Of a stretch of DNA of 64,000 nucleotides, positions 51,054-61,257 are shown piece after piece. A model generated the notes under the pieces. That model saw only the letters and a list, made by a program, of their open reading frames with translations, was not told the DNA's origin and searched no databases. Location: NCBI GenBank assembly GCA_964658305.1, contig OZ210885.1, forward strand, positions 20,956,001-21,020,000, read 5' to 3'. The stretch comes from Leptogorgia sarmentosa (lineage: Eukaryota). Position 1 is the first letter of the stretch, and each line of letters starts with the position of its first letter. Made by a program: the position numbers and the translations under genes.

Positions 51054-51172
51054 AAAAAATATATTTACACTTGGCACGAACACACGATCAGTTCAGTCAG
51101 TGGCCAGATGTCTTTCTTTACATCTATGCATCATGAATTAACAACAAATTTTCCCGCCAAGAATCGCTAAAA

Positions 51173-53220
51173 TATGGCCGCCAATGAAGGACTGGCAAGA
51201 CTGCTGTCTTCTGCCATTGAAAGGGCAGTGAGCGATGTGTTAGATTCACAAACAGTAAGTAACACAATACAAAATATATACATACGTGTGGTGTTCATGA
51301 TTTAATTGTAAATTTAAAATTTTCAATCAAAATTTGATTTTCATTGTGCAGTCTGGGCAGTCTACCACTGGTGGAAATGAACCAGCCAGTGCATCATCTG
51401 TGCAGAACACCTCTACGGTAAGCGCTCTCTTTTGTCTGATATACATGTTGAATCTTTCATATCATATTCCCACGCACATCAACACACACTCTTGAATATC
51501 AGGTCATTTGACTATATTGGGCCATTCAATTTAATATAGGCATCCCCCCTTTTGAGGATCCCTTCATAATCCCCTTGGGATACTAGATTTTTAGAACCCC
51601 CTTGGATGTGTTTCTGAAAGTTACCCCATGGATATCTTTATACCCCATTAGGAAATCGTTTTTACCCCCTTGGATATCACTAAAACACCTAATTTTTGCT
51701 ATTTTTTTTTCAAATTTCTTAAGCTCCCCTCTAGGAAATTTTAACTATAAAAATCCCCTCCCCCCCCCCCCCCCCCCATAGGATTTCCAGACCCCTCAAT
51801 AGGGGGGTGTGTGGCTATATTAAATGGAATGGCTCAATATCATATACACAGAAAGAAGGCCATACAGTACCATTGTTACATGGCTTGGGACGGCTTTCTG
51901 CTAAAAACTTACTTCAGTTACTGGCCTGTAAAAACTTTCCCTTACTTTGTTCCATTTCTGCTTATAAAAGCAATTATTGTCAAATTCTAATTTATTTCGC
52001 AAAACTATTTCCCTCGGTAGGTTGAAATATTTTGACAATATTAACATTTAAAATTCTGTTGAGCCAAATAATGGTTATGGTAAATAATCACAATTATCTA
52101 ATTTAATAATTTAAAAGTTTTGGGTTGATGGAATTTTTAAAAAATATCAGAATGATTAAATATACTGAAAGAAACCATTTTAGAAATTGATCTCGTTTTC
52201 GAGTTAAATTTATTTATTAAACTTGAATGCAAAAATATCTGCCATCTTGACATGTCATTTTTAATGGTATTTTGTGTAACCTTGGTGAAAGAATTCTAAC
52301 TATTTACCTGTTTGATTTTTAAGGATGTTGACTACCAAGCACCAAATCGGTAGGTTTAAGTCAATATACGTACCCAAGTGTTAAGGTGTGCAGTGATTCA
52401 AATGATACTAGCTTGCAGTCTAATCAAAATAGTCACACATATTCTATGGTTAGGGAGAATCCTATAACTGTTTAGTTAGAAATAAATAATAATGTAGTGA
52501 ATAAACATGGACTGATATGGAAATTGTTTTGATCAAATAACTGTACAAGTATCACCTGTTTGCTGGTGATCAAATATATCAGTTCAATATAGAACAGGAA
52601 CAAAACTTATTTCATTACCACTGTGCAGATTTTCTGGAGCTCTTCTCAAACAGGAAGATCATGCAAATGTAAACTTGGATTTTTTCGTGCATTTTTATAA
52701 CAAAACATTCTGTAATGTTTCTTACTATTTTAGAGGTGCTGGTCGGCCAAAAAAATTAATTCCTGAAGATAGATTAAGAAGGTTATTGGAGTTCAAAGTA
52801 CCATTGGCGCAAATTGCAAGAGATCTTGGCGTATCTAGACCTTCGTTATATAAGTTTATCAGGGAAAATGGTATCTCACATCAAAAATATTCTACACTCT
52901 CTGAACAGGAAGTAGAGAATTCTGTAAAAGAGGTCAAGAAAAGACACCCAAATGCGGGTGAGATAATGATTCAAGGCCATTTACAATCCCAAGGTTTAAC
53001 ACTACAGCGTCATAAAATACGAAAAGCAATACATGCTGTTGATCCGGATGGTGTAGAAGCAAGGAGACGCCCAACAATTAAACGAAGAGTTTATTCTGTC
53101 CCTTATCCCAATTACCTGTGGCACATCGACGGAAACCACAAATGAATTCGTTGGCGATTTGTTCTTCATCATGGGATTGATGGGTATAGCAGAATGGTCG
53201 TTTTTGCTCAATTTGTGAAG
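51173..53220 (+). pseudogene. IS3-like (IS3EU-type) transposase gene, multi-exon, 3'-truncated
   Basis: Main exon from about 52734: GRPK..HTH (IARDLGVSRPSLY)..HPNAGEIMIQGHL..RRVYSVPYPNYLWHIDGNHK*IRWRFVLHHGIDGYSR. Tentative upstream exons at 51173-51254 and 51352-51417. Confidence 0.8.
51518..51836. mobile_element. Sola1-like MITE
   Basis: TIRs TGGGCCATTCAATTTAATATAG / CTATATTAAATGGAATGGCTCA; 4-bp ATAT on both sides (51514-51517, 51837-51840); internal CCCCTTGGAT repeats. Confidence 0.65.
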
Positions 53221-54221
53221 CATTTTTAAATAAAAATACTCTTTAAATTAAAAAAGAGTACATTTGTTCCGAATGTATTCATGTTGAACGCCAGTACAGT
53301 ATCTTAAGTATTTCATGTGTAGAGACTCCCTTACTCACCTCAGGAATTAATATAGCCATGCCATATATCTCTATTTAATCCCCCCCCCCCCTCCAACAGC
53401 CCCCCTTGCACATATTGTATATTTTCTCTACAATTTGTTCCATATAAAATCTATACATGTAACAAAATGTGTGAATACAGCCTAGTTTTGGAAAATTAAA
53501 CGTTTGACATATACATTCACGTACTTTCACAGTCTGCCAAATAATCCCTCCAATGCATGACAATTTGCACTTCCTTCTCCCGTTTTATTGTTCCCTCCTC
53601 TGACAAGCATGGAAAGAAAAGATCGTCCAACACCTTACTGGTCAAATCGTCCGCTTTATTATAACAGAACACGCCTTCAAATGCTTTAGGATGTTTCAGG
53701 ATAAGATCGAAAATATGCAAAGTCTGCAGCCCTTCTTTAAATTGCTCCAGGCACGATCACACTATACTGGCAAAGTGCGCTAATAATTTCATCTTTTTTA
53801 CTGAATGATATAGTTGTCGACCAGCCAGCTTGCGTGAGATAATCGATAAGGTCAGGTACTCGCTTGAATTGATCTTCGTTCTGACAAACGTGGACCTGTA
53901 ACAGTGTATAAACCAATGAGGGTGCTGAATTAAAATGTTATGCAGTACTTCTAGTCTATATATACAGCTAATTCTAACTGAAGAAAGTCAAAACTCAAAA
54001 CTACAAACAGCTTGCTGGGAATCGAACAGGTTGCTGGGAGTCTCATTCAATTGCTCATATACTTTGCCGCTGAAAATCTTAATCATATTCTTGTTGTTTT
54101 AGCTACTGTTGTTAATTTTCTAAGTTAAAAGTTGTTAGTAAATAAGGAATACAAATACCCCAGTATTCTTTTCGAGCTTGAATTTCCAAGTTTTTGAGTT
54201 TTAAGCTTTGCTTTACAGAGA

Positions 54222-54304
54222 ACAACCTTAATCGAATTAACTGTATATTAAGTACTACATTGTTGATGTAGTACTTAATATACAGTTAATTCGATTAAGG
54301 TTGT
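54222..54304. repeat. Perfect hairpin, 39-bp arms and 5-nt loop
   Basis: ACAACCTTAATCGAATTAACTGTATATTAAGTACTACAT, loop TGTTG, then the exact reverse complement. Confidence 0.95.
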
Positions 54305-54842
54305 AATAAATCTTACCTTTTCAAGTAATGTTCTCAGTCCAACATCACACACATCGTTAATATCAGGATTAGCTGCCTTTTCACCTCCAACAATAAACCG
54401 ATATACTGATCTGGAGAAACAATGTCCCACACCACCACCATTGCAAAGGGACACAGCAAGTAACTTACCACACAATTTGTACAACTCCTTTTGTTTGCCT
54501 GAAAAAATGAAGAAAAAATAATTCAAGTGATACAAGTTAGCAATTGCAAGAATCATGGTAGTTCGGTATCGCCAAAGAGTAAGAATATAAGCCTTACTCT
54601 TTGTTATCGCAGCAACCTTTATTTAGAGAAGGATTACGATTTAACCTCACAAGCCCACACAGGGAGGGTATGAAGGTTCTAAGTTCTTCGCACTTTTCCT
54701 TTTTTTTTGTGGCTATCGTAAACGTAAATGGCAACTGAAAGTAAAGGTAGTCACGTGTAGAATGCAATGGAAATAACTAAAAAAATTATTCTACCTCTAG
54801 TAAAGAAATGCAACCGTAGCCAGTGTAGGTAGCGGATCACAG

Positions 54843-54995
54843 CATAAAAAACCAGCAAGGGATTATACACACTACCTAAACGATACAATAAGATTCGACG
54901 TTTTGAGCGAAGGCCCTTCGTCCGGAACTAGGAACCATCGAATCTTATTGTATCGTTTAGGTATAGTGAGTAAACCCCTTGCTGCTTTTTGATAT
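54843..54995. mobile_element. Penelope-like pseudo-LTR remnant in inverted arrangement, with a degenerate hammerhead core
   Basis: Perfect 26-bp inverted arms at 54873-54898 and 54938-54963 with imperfect outer extension. The loop on - reads CCGGACGAAGGGCCTTCGCTCAAAACGTC. Confidence 0.55.
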
Positions 54996-55477
54996 GTTAC
55001 CTGTAACCGTTCGTCGATTTCGAACGAGATTTTTTGTATGTGAGCTATATAATTATGTACATGTGCCAATTAATGAAGTCGATTTTACTAAACCTTATTG
55101 CATCTTTTTGTTACGTCTGTCGCCTAATACTGCATAGATGTCAAAAAATGAGTTAAGGACAAGTTACAAATGAGCATATGAGGGTAGCTACATGTAACTG
55201 GTATACTCGTTAGCACAAACCAGGAAATAATCGCACTGTTTTGATAAACTAGATGTGTGCGCATTAGCACATATGTGACATTCACTCACTTTCTTGGTCA
55301 AGAAGGAATACTTTGTTTCTATCAGTTCCTCCAAACATCTTCGAGTCAAACATCTGGCGAATCGCAAGCCGGAGGAACTCTCTTGTCGGACCACCTCTAT
55401 CGACAGCACCCTCACTCTGTCCCGATCCGTCAGCAAATTTTACAGACAAAGGATGTGACGCATTAAATTTTACTCGC

Positions 55478-58400
55478 TGTCGGGAACTGGGACGCGTAAA
55501 CATTAAATATATAGATATTAGCCAGAACATTTTTAGTGATTTAAACCAACGACCATATAGGGTTACACCCATATATGGGAGAGTATATATTTTTAGTGAG
55601 ACTGTGAGAGAGGGAGATTATATCAACAGCGAGAGAGCGAACAGTTAAACCCTTTTTTAGTGATTGGTGATAAATAAAGTGTAGAAAACCAATATTTGTG
55701 CGTGGTTCATCCCTGGGAGGCAGGATATTCACATTACCTGGCACCTCCGACGAAAATTTAGCGAATTAATTTGCATTTACGCGTGTATTCTACGATGACT
55801 GAAGCGACGACTAATCTCGAAGTGAAATTGACCCAGTTAAAGCTCACCGTGACTAAAACTGGTAAAATCTTGGACAAAAATAACAAAGAAGCTATCGAAC
55901 GTCATCTTACGGCCCTCAAAGCCATATCAAGTGAAGTTGAGCAATACAAACGCGCTGTTGAAGCGGTTAAAATCGGAGATAAGGTTGAACTTGAAGAGAT
56001 TGCGAAATGGAGTTCTACGGTCGACGAAGAGCTCGAGTCTGCTGACGTCGAAGTCACTCGGATTACACAATGGTTGGGAGAAAAAACGCAAGATAAAGAA
56101 GCTGCCGAAAAAGAAGAAAGGTATGAATTTGAAGTAAAATTACAGCAGATGAAAATAGATTCACAATCTGTACTAGCGCAAAAATATGACAAGAATGCGG
56201 AGAATGCAAAACCTGAGACGGGCGCTATTCAAGCAAAACTCCCTAAAATTGGAATTGAAAAATTTAATGGTTCTCCGCTCGATTGGCCACGCTTTTGGAA
56301 TCAGTTTTCGGAAACTGTAGACAAGCGTTCTATTGCGCCGGTGAACAAACTGGCTTACTTATCTGGATACCTTGGCCCTAAAGTGAAACCAACAATGTAA
56401 AAGTGATTATGGACTTACCGACCATTACTAGCGCCAACTCTAAGAAAATACACGATTTCAGTGATAGATTAACTCATGCCGTTCATGCACTTGAAACCTT
56501 GAAGAAATTAGAAACTGTCAACGGATATGTCCCAATGACCTTGGACAAACTCTCGGGTATCCGTGGTGACTTGGAAGACCCAGTTTGGAAGACCCAGACT
56601 CGGAATCCTGGGACTTCGCAAAATTATCAGAGGCTGTACGGTTATGGACACGACGAAATCCGTGTAGTGAGTATAAAGAGGATGATTTGCAACTGGGAAG
56701 GAGAGAGATGAAATCCAGGAAACTCATGCATTCCAAGGGATTTACTGCGAAGCAACGAGGCTGTGTTTATTGTGACGGTACCCACAAGGCAAATGAATGT
56801 GACAAAGTGACAGATGTCTCTACTCGGAAGCAAATCCTTGCAGAAAAGAAATTGTGTTTCAACTGCGCAACCGGCAACCATCGAGCAGCACTTTGCCCTA
56901 GCAAAGGAACTTGTCAGAAATGCCAAAGGAAACACCACACATCCATCTGTAACGCGCCAAACGAAGACCAAACCTTGCTGACAATGGGCAAAACCAACAA
57001 AGAAGGGATTTTTCCCGTGGTACTAGTAAATGTTAACGGGATAAAGTGTCGAGCGCTAATCGACTCTGGTGCTGGCAGTTCGTATGCATCTGCCAAATAC
57101 CTTGAAATTAAAACCAGTACAAACGAAGACAAGACGAATTCATATGTTGATGACGTCCCGAACTGCGAGACTAGAGATTTACAATGCGAAGGTTCAAGCA
57201 CTCGACACGGATTATGAACTGGATGTGAACTTGACAAGAGTCGACAAAAGTGAATTATTGTTTATTGATAACCCTCGGTACGAAAGCCTGGTGAGAAGAT
57301 TCCAACACCTGAAAGAAGCGAAGCTGAATGATAACGACACCAAAGCATCACTTCCCATCCACATAGTACTTGGCAATGGAGAATATGCACGTATTAAAAC
57401 AAAGGATCGACCACTAGTCGGAAACGAGGGAGATCCCATAGCGGAATGCACAAAGTTGGGATGGTTTGTTATGAGTCCTGGAGCAGTGTTCGATGTTTCG
57501 CCCATGATGCTAACCCAAACTTCCCAAGCAGATTATGAGCAACTCTGTCGACTGGATGTACTCGGTCTGTCCAATACTGCAGAGCATGACCAGGGAGAGG
57601 TCTACAAAGAGTTTCGAGAGCAGCTGCAACGATCACCAGACGGTTGGTATGAGACCGGCCTGCCATGGAAGGGTAACCATCCACCTCTGCCAACCAATGT
57701 GAAAGGAAGCCTTCAACGACTGACAACACTTCAGAAATGACTGAAAAGAAAGGGACTTTCTGCTCAATATGATGCTGTTATCGAAGATCAGAAGGCCCAA
57801 GGAATAGTCGAAGAAGTTCCATCGGAACCGCAGGGCAAAGAGTTTTACATACCACACAAGGAAGTCGTGAGAGAGACAGCAGCCTCCACAAAGCTACGTG
57901 TGGTCTACGATGCATCAGCCAGAGAAACACCAAATAGTCCTTCGCTGAACGACTGCCTCTATCCGGGGCCGTCTTTACAGAACCTGCTCTGGGAGGTTCT
58001 TGTGCGACAGAGAGCTTTCCCAGTGGCCTTAGCAGGAGACATCAAGCAAGCTTTCCTCCAAATCCGCATCAGAACTAATGAAAGGGATGCCCTTCGATTC
58101 CATTGGAGAAGAGAAACTGAAGAAGTCCAAACTCTGCGCTTCACCAGGGCGCTTTTCGGGCTAGCATCGTCCCCATTCCTTCTTGGGGGAGTCTTGGCAG
58201 CTCATCTTGATGAATGGGAAGAGAGGAGACCCAAAGACGTGGAAGAGATCAGACGGAGTTTGTATGTCAATGACCTGCTAAGTGGAGGTGAAACAGTGGA
58301 GCAAGCGAGTCAACGGAAAGAAGCAGCCACCGCCATCCTCGAAGATGCGACATTTAAATTGCACAAGTGGGCATCAAATGAAAGCATTCTTGAAGACAAA

Positions 58401-61257
58401 TCGGACTCGAACATTGATCACAAGGAGCAAACTGCAGCAAAAATGAACTTAGGCGTAGCACCTCATGAGTCCAAGATTCTCGGGTTACCTTGGAACAAAC
58501 GGGATGACACACTAAGCGTTCAGATGGCCAACAACGCAAGCAAGGAACCTACGAAGCGGGAAACGCTGAGACAACTGGCAAAGATTTACGATCCCTTAGG
58601 AATAGCGTCGCCAATAACACTACAGGGGAAGATCATATATCGAGATATATGTGACGCGAAGCTTCCCTGGGATTCTGAGCTCAACGGGGCACTCAGAAAC
58701 CAGTGGTCCCTGTGGGAACGGACACTTCCTGCAGTAGTGACAGTTCCAAGACCAATAGCTCCGTATCGAGAACCCATTACGGACATCCACCTTCACGGTT
58801 TCGGTGATGCGAGCAAGCAGGGAGTTTGTGCCTCAGTATATGCAGTGACCAAACAAGATTCTGGCGACACCCAGCTGTTGGTGGCAGCAAAGTCACGTCT
58901 AGCCAAGAGGGGTCTCACCATACCACGTTCGGAATTGGTAGCTGGTCATATGGCAGCAAATCTCATCACCAACGTTACCAAGGCAATCGGTAGAGAGAAA
59001 GTTACGCAACAGCATTGTTGGCTTGACAGTACAGTCGCCCTCTACTGGATAGAGGGTGCCGGAGAGTATCGACAATTTGTTGCCAATCGTGTGGCAAAAA
59101 TACAAGCTCATTCCGATATCAAGTGGCATCACGTACCTACAGAAGAGAATCCCGCCGATCTGGGCAGCCGAGGAGGACAGCTGACAGAATTATGGTTACA
59201 GGGACCGGCGTGGCTCGGCGACAAAGCAAGGTGGCCAGCAAAGATAGCTGTTCAGACATCTCCAGAATCGCAAGCCGAAGCCAGAGTAACACGAGAAGTA
59301 CTCGCAGTTGCAGAACCTGAACAAGATTGTCACACACGTCTCCTAGAGAAATACAGCTTACAGAAAACCTTGAGAATCGGCGCCTGGGTGAAGAGATTCG
59401 TGCATAATATCAGGAGCAAGCCCGTAGAAAGGAAGCAAGGCCCACTTCAATATGAAGAGTGCCTCAAAGAAGAGATGTGTTGGGTGAAAAAGTTCAGAAG
59501 TCGGTGACAGCAGCAGAACGCGAAAGAAACGCAGATCTCAACCTTCAAGAGAACGAGAACGGGCTGTTAGAGTGCCGTGGCCGGATTGTTGGACATTACC
59601 CTCTGTACCTTCCTAACATTGAACTGTTTTCGAACAAGTTAGTTGAGCGTGAACACATTGCTACCTTGCATGGGGGAACATCTCTGACGATGACAAAAGT
59701 ACGACAGCGTTATTGGATCCCCAGATTACGTAGCCTGGTGAAACGGGTCCGAAAGGACTGTTGGGGATGTAGGCGAAACCTTGCCAAACCGTATGCAGAT
59801 CCACCTCCTGGTGCGCTTCCAACAACCAGAACAACAGGGGGCACCCCTTACTCCGTAGTAGGGGTTGATTTTGCGGGTCCTATTCGCTATCGGTTGGGCA
59901 AGAAGCAAGAAGGAAAAGCGTACTTGGCACTTTTCGCATGCAGTCTGACGAGAGGAGTGCACCTGGAGCTTGTTAAAAGTCTTGAAACGGAAGAGTTTCT
60001 GAAGAGCTTTAAACGATTTGTAGCTCGTCGAGGGAGACCAACGCTGGTGTACTCCGACAATGGTACAACGTTCAAAGCCGCAGCAACATGGCTTAAAAGG
60101 GTCCGCGAAGACGAGAAATTCCACACCGCCCTTTGCAATCAAGAGATATGCTGGCACTTCAACCTCGCGAAAGCACCTTGGTGGGGTGGTCAGTTTGAGC
60201 GGCTAATTGGCATCTTCAAGGCCGCTTTTCGCAAAACTGTGGGAGGTGGAATGCTGACCTTCTCAGAATTGGAAGAAGTCGTGCTAGACGTGGAGACGTG
60301 CATGAATAATCTACCCTTATCATATTTGGAAGACAATCCTCAATTGCCTGTGTTGACGCCAAACACGTTCTTGTTTCAAAGACCCCACGTACTGCCGGAG
60401 CTCCAACCTCATCGAGCAGAAGAGTGCGATTTGAAAAAACGACTCAAGTTCCTACGAGCAACGAAAAACAGTCTCTGGAATCGCTGGACTCGAGAGTACC
60501 TGACTGGTCTACGAGAAACACACAAAGCGCGTTGAAAGACGAATGCCACCAATCCCGCAGAAGGAGAAATAGTAGTCGTAAAAGGAGAAGACAAGAATTG
60601 GAACACCTGGAAACTTGGGAAGGTTGTACACCTTATAATCGGTAAAGATGGGATCGTACGAGGAGTCAAGCTTCAAACAGCAAAAGGAGACTTGGAGCGA
60701 CCTATTCAGCTCATCTATCCTCTCGAACTTCAGTGTGACAACAGTGACGAACAGAAACCAACTGAAACGCTGAACCCACAAGCAGCAGAGTATAGGCCGA
60801 AGAGAAGAGCTACTCAGGATGCACAAGCCAAGATTCAAACGATCGCTGAATACGAGGAAGAACAGTAAGACATTACAGAAAAAAAAACAAAACATTGATG
60901 AACTTGATTTTCGTTATTGATTAGTTTTGTTCGAACAGTGAAACAATCAGTTCCCTTATGTAACATGCAACACCTGGGGGGTGTCGCATGGGGGGAGTGT
61001 GTCGGGAACTGGGACGCGTAAACATTAAATATATAGATATTAGCCAGAACATTTTTAGTGATTTAAACCAACGACCATATAGGGTTACACCCATATATGG
61101 GAGAGTATATATTTTTTTGAGACTGTGAGAGAGGGAGATTATATCAACAGCGAGAGAGCGAACAGTTAAACCCTTTTTTAGTGATTGGTGATAAATAAAG
61201 TGTAGAAAACCAATATTTGTGCGTGGTTCATCCCTGGGAGGCGGGATATTCACGTTA
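55478..61257 (+). mobile_element. Near full-length BEL/Pao LTR retrotransposon with both LTRs
   Basis: LTRs 55478-55736 and 61000-61257 (about 4 differences); PBS-like TGGCACCTCC at 55739; PPT 60990-60997; flanking TCGC repeat. gag-PR(LIDSGA)-RT(YVND, mutated)-RH-IN(GVDFAGP, YSDNG)-DUF5641 with stops and frameshifts. Confidence 0.96.

Noticed and set aside
55541..61253. Duplicated ORFs 55541-55744 and 60921-61253 on -
   Set aside because: Antisense translations of the two LTR copies.
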